Assembly (NCBI GenBank): GCA_963747235.1
Contig: CAVVEU010000033.1
Location: 160,001 to 224,000, forward strand
Length of the DNA: 64,000 nt
Direction of reading: 5' to 3'
Source: an uncultured Candidatus Rokubacteria bacterium
GTDB taxonomy: Bacteria > Methylomirabilota > Methylomirabilia > Rokubacteriales > CSP1-6
In this document: piece by piece, positions 1 through 8,864 of the stretch
How the letters are laid out: each line of letters starts with the position of its first letter
Numbering within the stretch: position 1 is the stretch's first letter
Position numbers and translations under genes: made by a program
Notes under the pieces: model-generated
The model's input: only the letters and a program-made list of their open reading frames with translations
The model's database searches: none
What the model was told of the DNA's origin: nothing

Positions 1-440
1 CGGGCGTGGAGATGGAAGTGAAGGCGATTCCGGCCTCGGTGTTCTTCGCCGCCGACGTCAACAACGTCGACACCAACGTCCGCTTCCTCGCGGATCTCCA
101 GACCTACACCGTGTTCACCGGCCTCGACCCCCAGCTCTTCATGGCCCAGTTCGTGTCCTGGGAGGTGCCCACCAAGGAGAACGGCTGGACCGGGCGGAAC
201 ATCGCGCGGTGGCGGAACGCGGACTACGACCGGCTGTGGCGCAAGGCGGACGTGGAGATGGACCCGGTCAAGCGGGCCGCCCTGTTCATCAAGATGAACG
301 ACCTCGTGGTGCAGAAGGCGGTCGTGATTCCGGTGACGTGGCGCAACGTGCTCCACGCCGCCGCCAACAACCTGGCCGGCGTGGAGCTCAACTCGTGGGA
401 CTCCATCTTCGGCCGGATCGCGTACTGGTACCGGGCCTAG
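1..440 (+). CDS. Peptide/nickel ABC transporter substrate-binding protein (family 5), C-terminal part; truncated by the window edge
   Basis: C-terminal SBP_bac_5-like text: GRNIARWRNADYDRLW...DPVKRAAL...VIPV. Confidence 0.85.
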   Translation, partial: GVEMEVKAIPASVFFAADVNNVDTNVRFLADLQTYTVFTGLDPQLFMAQFVSWEVPTKENGWTGRNIARWRNADYDRLWRKADVEMDPVKRAALFIKMNDLVVQKAVVIPVTWRNVLHAAANNLAGVELNSWDSIFGRIAYWYRA

Positions 441-445
441 GACCA

Positions 446-505
446 CCCCTCACCCTCGACCCTCCTCACCCTGCCCTCTCCCCTGAGGGGAGAGGGGGTA
501 GGGCC
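446..505. repeat. BoxC/PIT-like intrastrand triplex element between convergent genes
   Basis: CCTCACCC-TG-CCCTCTCCCC-TGA-GGGGAGAGGG; perfect 10-bp hairpin at 474-496 preceded by extra pyrimidine tracts. Confidence 0.75.
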
Positions 506-512
506 GAGGTCC

Positions 513-1557
513 TTACAGGTCCTTGACGTCGACGGTCTGGCCGGTGGTGGCGCTGCGGGTCACCGCGTCCGTGAACTCCATGTAGCGCACGCCGTCCTCG
601 AAGGTGGTGCGCGCGATCTTCTCGCGGCCCCGGATCGCGTTGACGAACTCCTCCTCCACCCGCCAGCCGATGCGCGTCTTGGGCGGCACCGGGATCTCCC
701 GCAGCGCCGACTCCCCCCGCCGGGCCCCGGTGAGCCGGAGCGCGTCGGCTTCCAGTTTCAACGTCCCCTCGCTCCCGTAGATCCACGCCTCGGAGGCGGG
801 GGCCAGCGCGGTCACCGAGCTGAAGCGCAGGTGGGCCACCGCGCCGCGCCGGAGCTGGGCCAGGATGTCCACGTGGTCCGGGACCTTGATCTCGTGGGTC
901 GCGCCCGCCGCGTCCTTCCGCTTCGGCACCGCGACCTTGGTCATCGAGGTCACCCGCTGCGCGGGGCCGAGCCAGCGCATCATCGCCTCGTACCAGATCC
1001 CCATGTTGAGGATGTTGTGGCCGCTGAGCGCCATGTCGTGCCGCCAGTGCAGCGGGGCGTCCGGCTCGACGAAGCGGCCCGACGAGGACTGCAGCTCGAC
1101 CGCGAGCACCTCGCCCAGGAAGCCCTCGGCGAGCAGCGCCTGGACGGTGGCGTCCAGCTCGAGGGTGTGGGGCGCGGGCACGAGCTGGGCGATCAGGCTC
1201 GGCGCCTTGCGCGAGGCCTCGAGCATGCGCCGGCCCTCGGTGGCGTTCATGGCCATGCGCGCCTCGCAGAGCACGTGCTTGCCCGCGCCGAGCACCGCGG
1301 TCGTCATCTCGCAGTGCATGTAGGGCCAGGTGCCGATGCACACCGCGTCGATGTCGGGCGCGTTGACGATCTCCTGCCAGCTCGCGTGCACCCGGCCGAT
1401 GCCGAACTCGCGCGCCACCTTCTCGCCCGACTCCTTCGACCGGTTCGCGACCGCGACCAGCTCGACGCCGGGCTGGGCCTTGAGCTTGGGGATGTGATGC
1501 TTGCGCGTGTTGGCGCCGGCGCCGATGAAGCCGACGCGGATCTTCGCAGTCGGTCAT
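513..1557 (-). CDS. Gfo/Idh/MocA family oxidoreductase (1-nt frameshift just after the start)
   Basis: KIRVGFIGAG Rossmann motif and GKHVLCE; ATG at 1557 overlaps the upstream stop (ATGA) and has a GGGAGAG RBS. Confidence 0.85.
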
Positions 1558-2054
1558 GATTTCTCTCCCGCTTGTTGGAGGCAGGTGTCGAGCAGCTCGA
1601 GCGCGGCCCGGGTGAAGGCCCACATGTTGGCTTCGCGGTCGCTCCGCCCCGTCTCGAGGGTGCGGGCCGCTTCCACCGCGCCCGCGACCGCGAAGCACGA
1701 GTGGCCGGCCGCGTCGCCGTAGCGATTGCCGGTGGGACCCGCCGCGCCGGTCTCGGCGAGCGCCCACGTGGTGCCGAGCCGCTCGCGCATCGTCTTGGCG
1801 TTGATCCGGGCGGCCGCCTCGGTGCTGGAGCGGATGCCGCGCACCGCATCGTCGGGCAGCCGGAGCAGATCGCGGCGCGCGGTCTGGGTGTAGATCACGC
1901 CGCCGCCCACGAAGTACGCGGAGGCGCCCGGGATCGACAGCAGCGCGGCCGAGATCAGGCCGCCCGTCGAGGACTCGGAGATCGCGATCGTCTCCTTGCG
2001 CGCGATGAGGCGCGCGGCGACGGAGGCGGCGAGGGCGGAGAGCAGCTCGGGCAC
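1554..2054 (-). CDS. CinA C-terminal domain / NMN deamidase (PncC-like)
   Basis: ESSTGGLIS...PGASAYF.GG...Y and ETGAAGPTG motifs. Confidence 0.85.
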   Translation of the reverse strand: MPELLSALAASVAARLIARKETIAISESSTGGLISAALLSIPGASAYFVGGGVIYTQTARRDLLRLPDDAVRGIRSSTEAAARINAKTMRERLGTTWALAETGAAGPTGNRYGDAAGHSCFAVAGAVEAARTLETGRSDREANMWAFTRAALELLDTCLQQAGEKS

Positions 2055-2123
2055 GGGGTAGTGGTACCCCGGCCGGGGCCGGAGCGCAACCGGGTTTTCT
2101 CCGTGATAGACTCGGCCGCGCCG

Positions 2124-3014
2124 ATGACGACGATGACTCCGCTGTCCGTCTACCTCCCCTTCAACATGGACTGCCTCCGCGGCGAGTTCGCGCCCGCCAA
2201 GCGCGGGGGCGGCGGGCCGCCCGCCGGCGCCGGCCGCTGGCTGATCGTCCAGGACCAGAAGCTCCTGGTGGTACCCGAGGGCGACGGCTTCCGGCTGCCC
2301 GCCGGCGCCACGCCGGAGGCGCCGCCGCGCGGCGTCGACGGCCTGGGCCCGCGCCACTGGCTCGGCACGTGGGCGGGCGAGCCCTGCTGGGTCGCCGCGC
2401 TCCCGAAGGGCGCGCCGGTGCCGGAGGGGCTCCAGCCGGAAACGCTCGTGCCCATGCAGGGCACGCGGCTGCCGGACGATCTGCTGACGGTGGGCGGCAT
2501 GGCGATGCAGCTCCTCTACTGGGAGTCCACGAGCGGCCACTGCCCGCGCTGCGGCGCGCCCACCGGCCGCGTCGAGGGCGAGTGGGGCAAGCGCTGCGGG
2601 GCCTGCGGCTACGAGCACTACCCGCATCTCCATCCCGCGGTCATCGTGCTGGTGCGCGACGGCGACCGCGTGCTGCTCGCGCGCAAGGCGATCTGGGCGC
2701 CGGGCCGCTACGCGCTGGTCGCGGGCTTCGTGGACAACGGCGAGTCGCTCGAGGGCTGCGTGGCGCGCGAGGTGAAGGAAGAGGTCGGGGTGGACGTCAA
2801 GGACATCCAGTACGTGGGCAGCCAGAACTGGCCCTTCCCGAGCCAGATCATGATCGGCTTCATCGCGAGCTACGCGGGCGGCGAGATCACCATCGACCGC
2901 GAGGAGCTCGAGGACGCGCGGTGGTTTCCGCGCACCGAGATGCCGGTGGGCCCGGCCCGTCATTCCATCGCGGGCTGGATCATCCGGAACTTCTCGGGCA
3001 ATGTCGGAACGTAA
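2124..3014 (+). CDS. nudC: NAD(H) diphosphatase NudC
   Basis: Zn ribbon CPRC..CGAC, Nudix box GESLEGCVAREVKEEVG, and SQNWPFP signature. Confidence 0.92.
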   Translation: MTTMTPLSVYLPFNMDCLRGEFAPAKRGGGGPPAGAGRWLIVQDQKLLVVPEGDGFRLPAGATPEAPPRGVDGLGPRHWLGTWAGEPCWVAALPKGAPVPEGLQPETLVPMQGTRLPDDLLTVGGMAMQLLYWESTSGHCPRCGAPTGRVEGEWGKRCGACGYEHYPHLHPAVIVLVRDGDRVLLARKAIWAPGRYALVAGFVDNGESLEGCVAREVKEEVGVDVKDIQYVGSQNWPFPSQIMIGFIASYAGGEITIDREELEDARWFPRTEMPVGPARHSIAGWIIRNFSGNVGT

Positions 3015-3024
3015 GACCTGACCC
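3001..3024. repeat. Single arm of a REP-like repeat; contains the nudC stop codon
   Basis: ATGTCGGAACGTAAGACCTGACCC, one mismatch to 62517-62540. Confidence 0.8.
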
Positions 3025-3042
3025 AGCCGAATCGAGGACCCC

Positions 3043-4386
3043 ATGACAGACGAGCAGAGCATCGAGACCGAGGCGACCGAGCTGCTGCGCACCATGATCC
3101 GCAACGCGTGCGTCAACGACGGCACCGCGGCCTCCGGCCAGGAGACGCGGAGCTGCGCGGCGCTCGAGGACTACTTCGCGGGCGCGGGGGTGGCGTGCGA
3201 GCGCTACACCTCCGAGCCGGGGCGCGAGAGCCTCATCGCGCGCATCGAGGGCTCGGACCCCAAGGCGCCGCGCCTGCTCCTGATGGGCCACACCGACGTG
3301 GTGCCGGTGAGCCCGGACGGCTGGCAGCGCGATCCCTTCGGCGGCGAGCTGGTGGACGGCGTGGTCTGGGGCCGCGGCGCGATCGACATGCTGAACCTCA
3401 CCAGCACGATGGCGGTGGCCACGCGGCGCCTGGCCAAGAGCGGCTTCCGCCCGCGCGGCACCCTGATCTACCTGGCGGTGGCGGACGAGGAGGCGGGCGG
3501 CAATCTCGGCGCGGGCCATCTGGTCGAGCGGCGGCCCGACGCGGTGAAGGCGGACTACGTCATCACCGAGAGCGGCGGCGTGCCGATCCCGACCAGCAAG
3601 GGCCACGTGCTGGGCGTCACGGTGGGCGAGAAGGGGGCCAACTGGCGGCGGCTCACGGTGGCGGGCACGCCCGGCCACGGCTCGCGCCCGTTCCGCACCG
3701 ACAACGCCCTGGTGACCGCCGCGGAAGTCGTGCGGCGCATCGCGGCCTATCAGCCGAAGGCGCGCATCCTCGACGTGTGGCGCGAGTACGTGAAGGCCAT
3801 GGATCTGGGGCCCGAGCTGACCGCCGGGCTCACCGATCCCGCCCGCGTGCTGGAGACGGTGCGCGGGATGGACAACCTGGCGCTGGCGCGCGAGGCCCAC
3901 GCCTGCACGCACACCACCTTCTCGCCGAACGTCATGCACGGCGGCGTGAAGACCAACGTCATCCCCGACCGCGTGGAGATCGACGTGGACATCCGCGCGC
4001 TGCCCGGGGTGACGAGCGAAGAAGTGGACGTGATGCTGCGGGAGGCGATCGGCGATCTGGCCCCGCGGGTGACGGTCCGCACCGGACGCGGCCAGGAGGG
4101 CTCGCTCAGCACCCACGACACCCCGCTGGTGGCCGCGATGGAGCGCGTGACGTCCCGCCTGATGCCGGGCAGCCGCGTGGTGCCCAAGATGACCACCGGC
4201 GGCACCGACGCCAAGTTCTTCCGCTGGCAGGGCGTGCCCGCCTACGGCTTCGGCCTGCAGTCGCTCCGCATCCCCTACACCGACTACCCGCTCATGTTCC
4301 ACGGCCACAACGAGCGGGTGGACACCGAGAGCCTCAAGCTCTCCGCGATGATGTGGGAGACGCTGGCGCGCGAGTTCCTCGGCTAA
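3043..4386 (+). CDS. M20/M25/M40 metallo-hydrolase (ArgE/DapE-like)
   Basis: GHTDVVP, WGRGAIDM, DEE, GGTD and HGHNE motifs. Confidence 0.9.
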   Translation: MTDEQSIETEATELLRTMIRNACVNDGTAASGQETRSCAALEDYFAGAGVACERYTSEPGRESLIARIEGSDPKAPRLLLMGHTDVVPVSPDGWQRDPFGGELVDGVVWGRGAIDMLNLTSTMAVATRRLAKSGFRPRGTLIYLAVADEEAGGNLGAGHLVERRPDAVKADYVITESGGVPIPTSKGHVLGVTVGEKGANWRRLTVAGTPGHGSRPFRTDNALVTAAEVVRRIAAYQPKARILDVWREYVKAMDLGPELTAGLTDPARVLETVRGMDNLALAREAHACTHTTFSPNVMHGGVKTNVIPDRVEIDVDIRALPGVTSEEVDVMLREAIGDLAPRVTVRTGRGQEGSLSTHDTPLVAAMERVTSRLMPGSRVVPKMTTGGTDAKFFRWQGVPAYGFGLQSLRIPYTDYPLMFHGHNERVDTESLKLSAMMWETLAREFLG

Positions 4387-4389
4387 GAA

Positions 4390-4457
4390 CTCGGAGGGGG
4401 GCTATGCCCCCCTTCCGAGCCTCCCCCCAGGAGGCGCGGGCAAAGCCCGCGCTCGAA
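4390..4457. repeat. Triplex-plus-hairpin intergenic repeat, copy 1
   Basis: CTCGGAGGGGGGC-TAT-GCCCCCCTTCCGAG-CCTCCCCCC...GCGCGGGC-AAA-GCCCGCGC-TCGAA. Confidence 0.85.
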
Positions 4458-4520
4458 CGTGGACCAGCAACCGACGCGTCGCCGGCACAAGCCCGAGCGC
4501 GCGAGTTCCTCGGTAAGGCG

Positions 4521-5873
4521 CTAGCCGGCCGCCGCGACGTCGCGCTGGAGCGAGTCGACGCAGTCGGCGACGACGGCCACCAGCTCGTCCACCTCGGCCG
4601 CGGTGATGCAGAGCGGCGGCGCCAGGCGCAGCACGGTCCCGCGGGCGTAGATGATGGCGCCGCGGTCCCAGGCCTTGCGGTCGAGCTCGGCGACCAGCTT
4701 CTGATCGAGCGGCTTGCCCGAGCCGTCGGGCTGCACGAAGTCCACGCAGACCAGGAGGCCGCGCCCGCGGACCTCGCCCACGATCGGGTGCTTGCCCACC
4801 GCGCTCCGCAGCCCCTCGAGCAGCCGCGTGCCCATCGTCTCCGCGTTCGCCACCAGCTTGTCCTGCTCCATGATGCGCAGGTTGGCGAGCGCGGCCGCGC
4901 AGGCCACCGGATGGGCCGCGTAGGTATTGGGGTGCACGTTCTCCTGGGTGGTGGTGTCGGAGAAGGCGTCCGCGAGCCGGCCGCGCGCGATGCTGGCCGA
5001 GAGCGGGATGTAGCCCGAGGTGATGCCCTTGGCCACCGACATGAGGTCGGGCACGACCTGGTCGTGCTCGACCGCGAACCACCGGCCGGTGCGGCCGAAG
5101 CCGGTGATGACCTCGTCGGCGATCATCAGCACGTCCAGCTCGTCGCAGAGCGCGCGCACCGCGCGGAGCCAGCCGATGGGCGGCATGATGAAGCCGCCCG
5201 AGGAGAGCACCGGCTCCAGGATCACCGCCGACACCGTGTCCGGCCCCTCGCGCACGATGGCCTCCCGCATCTCGGCGATCCGGCGCGCGATCAGCTCCGC
5301 CTCGGTCCCGCCCGCGAGATCGCGGAAGGGATGCGGCGGCGCCACCTTGGCGAAGCCGGGCACCTCGAGCGGCGCGTAGGCCTGCGAGAGATTGGGCAGG
5401 CCGCAGACCGCGAAGGTCCCCATGGTGGCGCCGTGGTAGCCACCCTTGAGCGAGATGACCTTGTGCTTGCCGGGCTTGCCGGTGGCGAGCCAGTACTGCC
5501 GCGCGATCTGCATCGAGCGCTCGTTGGCCTCGGAGCCGCTCACCGCGAACATCGTGTAGCGCAGGTCGCCGGGCGTGAGCGACGCGAGCTTCGCGGCCAG
5601 CTCCGCCGCGGGGCGATTGGAGAACTGCCGCGTGGTCGGGTAGTAGGCCAGCCGCACCGTCTGCTCCGCGATCGCCTCCGCGATCTCCCGGCGGCCGTGG
5701 CCCACGTTGACCACCGCGAGCCCGGCGAAGCCGTCGAGGAGCTTCTTGCCCTGCTCGGTCCACACCCAGACGCCTTCCGCGTGATCGATCACCAGCTCCT
5801 CGTCGGACAGGAACGGATGGTCCTGCGTCTTGTGCGTCCACAGGTGATTGATCATCTTCGCGTCGGTCGTCAT
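4521..5873 (-). CDS. Class III PLP aminotransferase (omega-amino acid / BioA-like)
   Basis: SGSEAN, GYHG, DEVITGFGRTG and AKGITSGY motifs. Confidence 0.92.
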   Translation of the reverse strand: MTTDAKMINHLWTHKTQDHPFLSDEELVIDHAEGVWVWTEQGKKLLDGFAGLAVVNVGHGRREIAEAIAEQTVRLAYYPTTRQFSNRPAAELAAKLASLTPGDLRYTMFAVSGSEANERSMQIARQYWLATGKPGKHKVISLKGGYHGATMGTFAVCGLPNLSQAYAPLEVPGFAKVAPPHPFRDLAGGTEAELIARRIAEMREAIVREGPDTVSAVILEPVLSSGGFIMPPIGWLRAVRALCDELDVLMIADEVITGFGRTGRWFAVEHDQVVPDLMSVAKGITSGYIPLSASIARGRLADAFSDTTTQENVHPNTYAAHPVACAAALANLRIMEQDKLVANAETMGTRLLEGLRSAVGKHPIVGEVRGRGLLVCVDFVQPDGSGKPLDQKLVAELDRKAWDRGAIIYARGTVLRLAPPLCITAAEVDELVAVVADCVDSLQRDVAAAG

Positions 5874-5971
5874 GTCGGCGAGTCTCCCGGCTGAGGTTGA
5901 GCGGCTGGCGACGGTGAGCGGATCGTAGCAGAGCGCCCGGGGCCCTGTCCCCGTCGGGGTGCTCATTTTCA

Positions 5972-5994
5972 GTCGCAGACTGACAGTTTGCGAC
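5972..5994. promoter_or_regulatory. Operator-like palindrome in a divergent promoter region
   Basis: GTCGCAGACTG-A-CAGTTTGCGAC; 11-bp arms with one mismatch. Confidence 0.45.
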
Positions 5995-6098
5995 CGCCAA
6001 GGCTCAGGATCACCCAATATTTCAAGCAGTTGCCCGTGGCGTGGTCCTTGCTGCCCTACAGGCGGATGCCACCGATGAGCCCCCACGGCCGCGCGGAC

Positions 6099-8778
6099 AT
6101 GGAGGACGAGACGGCGCTCCACGCCCGCCTGCGCGAGCTCGAGCAGGAGAACGCGCGCCTGCTCGAGGAGCAGTGGACGCGCCTGCAGGAGACCCGGGCC
6201 CTCACCGGCATCGGCCGCCTGCTGTCCGAGCGGCTCGACCCCGACGTGGTCGGCGAGCGCATCGCCGAGAGCCTCCGCTCCCTGCTCGGCGGCGGCTCCG
6301 CGGTCGTCTACCGGCTCGACGACGACTCCGCGAACCTGCTCGCGATGGCGGTGGCGCACGGGCCCGCGGCGCCGACCGCGGGCTGGCGCGCGGTGCGCGA
6401 GATCGGATCGGGCGCGGTCGGTCTCGCCATGCGCGAGCGCCGCACCATCACGAGCCCGGACATCCTCGTCGACGCGCGGATGGACATTCCCCCGGCGCTG
6501 CGCGCGCACATGGACGCGGGCCCCGACCGCGCCATCCTCGCGGTGCCGCTGCTCACGCAGGACCGGCTCATCGGCGTGCTCGCGGTGCGGACCGCGACCG
6601 GGACCGTCTTCGACGCGCGCGCGGTGCAGCTCGCGGAGGCCCTGGCCGACCAGGCCGCGATCACCCTCGAGCACGCGCGGCTCTTCGCGGAGGAGGAGCG
6701 GCGCCGGCGCGAGGCGGAGGTGCTGGCCGACCTGGCCCGCACGATCGGCGCCGCGCCCGAGCTCGCCACCGTGCTCCGCCGGGTCACCGAGGCCGCGCAG
6801 GAGCTCTGCCGCAGCGACGGCGCGGTGATCGGCCTGCGCATCCCCGAGTCCGACGCGGTGCTGCTGCGCTACTGGACGGCCCCGTGGTACACCGACCTCG
6901 CCCGCGTCCGGGTCGAGCCCGGCAAGGGGCTCGGCGGCCTCGCGCTCGACGAGGGCCGGCCGGCGCGGACGGATCACTACCTCCACGATCCCCGGATCAG
7001 CCGCGACTACGCGGGGCAGATCGGCGCGCTCGGGATCACCGCCAAGATGGTGGTGCCGATCCTGATCGACGACCGGGTCGAGGGCCTGCTCTACGTGGAC
7101 AACCGCTCGGCCCGCGCGTTCACCGACCAGAACGAGTCGGTCCTGGTGCGGCTGGCCGCGCACGCCGCCATCGCGATCCGCAACGCCCAGATCCTCGAGG
7201 CCGAGCAGATCGCCCGCGGCACCGCGGAGCGGCTGGTCCGCGCGCTGCGGGAGAGCCAGGACCGCTTCCAGTTCGTGGCCCGCGCCACCAACGACGCGGT
7301 GTGGGACTGGGATCTGGTGAGCCACGCGCTGTGGTGGAACGAGGGCGTCAACACGCTCTTCGGCTACACGCCGGAGCAGGTCGGCCCGGACGTCACGTGG
7401 TGGCACGAGACGATCCACCCGGACGATCGGCGACCGCGTGAAGCGCGACATCGACGCGGCGGTGGAGCGCGGCGCCGAGAGCTGGAGCGCGGAGTATCGG
7501 TTTCGTCGCGCCGACGGGACGTACGCCAACGTCTACGACCGGGGCTACGTGCTGCACGACGCGGACGGCCGGCCCACCCGCATGATCGGCGCGATGATGG
7601 ACATCACCCAGCGCTTCGAGCTCGAGGAAGAGCTCCGGCAGGCCCAGAAGATGGAGGCGGTGGGCCGCCTCGCGGGCGGCGTCGCGCACGACTTCAACAA
7701 CCTGCTCACGATCATCACCGGCCGCGCCCACCTGGTCCTCGGCAAGCTCAAGGCCGACGACCCGGTGCGCCGCAGCATCGAGGTGATCCAGAAGACGGCC
7801 GACCGCGCCGCCGCCCTCACGCGCCAGCTCCTGGCCTTCAGCCGCAAGCAGGTGCTCCAGCGGAAGGTCCTCGATCTCAACGCCATGGTCGCGGATGTGA
7901 GCACGATGCTCCGGCGGCTCATCGGCGAGGACGTGGACCTGCTGCTGACGCTGGGGCCGAGCGCCGGGCGGGTGAACGCCGATCCGGCCCAGCTCGAGCA
8001 GGCGCTGATGAACCTGGCCGTGAACGCGCGCGACGCGATGCCGCAGGGCGGCACGCTCGGCCTCGAGACCGACCACGTGCGACTCGGGGCGGTCCCGCCC
8101 GATCGGCCGGACGCGCTCCCGCCCGGTCCGTACGCGGTGCTCCGCGTGATGGACACCGGCACCGGCATGGACGCGGCGACCCAGGCCCGTATCTTCGAAC
8201 CGTTCTTCACGACCAAGGAGCCGGGCAAGGGCACCGGGCTCGGGCTCTCGATGGTGCACGGGATCGTGCGCCAGCACGGCGGCGCGATCCATGTGCGCAG
8301 CGTGGTGGGCGGCGGCACGACCTTCGAGATCTACCTGCCCCAGGTCGAGACCGCGGCCGACACCGGCGCCGCCGACGAGGCCGCGGCGCCCCTGCCGGCC
8401 ACCGGTCAGGAAACCATCCTGCTGGTGGAGGACGAAGGCGACGTGCGCGCGCTCGCCCGCGAGGTGCTGGAGCGCCAGGGCTACACGGTGCTGGAGGCGA
8501 GCGACGGCGCCCAGGCGGTTCAGGTCTACGAGAAGGAAGGCAAGCGAATCGACCTGATCCTCACCGACGTGGTGATGCCGCGCATGAGCGGGCGCGAGAT
8601 GGTGGATCGCGTGCGGGCGACCCGGCCCGACATGCGCGTGCTGTACATGTCGGGCTACACCGGCGACGCCATCGTTCGCCACGGCGTGCTCGACGCGAGC
8701 CTGTTCCTGCTCGGCAAGCCGTTCACGCCCGTCGCCCTGATCGCCAAGGTCCGCGAAGTCCTCGACCGCCCCCGCTAA
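6099..8778 (+). CDS. GAF-GAF-PAS hybrid sensor histidine kinase with receiver domain (frameshift near 7430)
   Basis: LAGGVAHDFNNLL H-box, NARDAM, DTGTGM, FFTTK..GKGTGLGL and receiver DVVMP; PAS motif IHPDDR continues in the other frame. Confidence 0.9.
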
Positions 8779-8781
8779 ATC

Positions 8782-8855
8782 CTCGGAGGGGGGCTACGCC
8801 CCCGTTCCGGGCCTCCCCCCAGAAACAGGCTGCGCGGGCAAAGCCCGCGCTCGAA
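8782..8855. repeat. Triplex-plus-hairpin intergenic repeat, copy 2
   Basis: CTCGGAGGGGGGC-TAC-GCCCCCGTTCCGGG-CCTCCCCCC...GCGCGGGC-AAA-GCCCGCGC-TCGAA. Confidence 0.85.
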
Positions 8856-8864
8856 GCGGTCGGC

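Noticed and set aside
1554-1557. TGA between the CinA and Gfo/Idh/MocA frames as a Sec readthrough fusion
   Set aside because: There is no redox-Cys context; an ATGA overlap with an RBS plus one extra base explains it.
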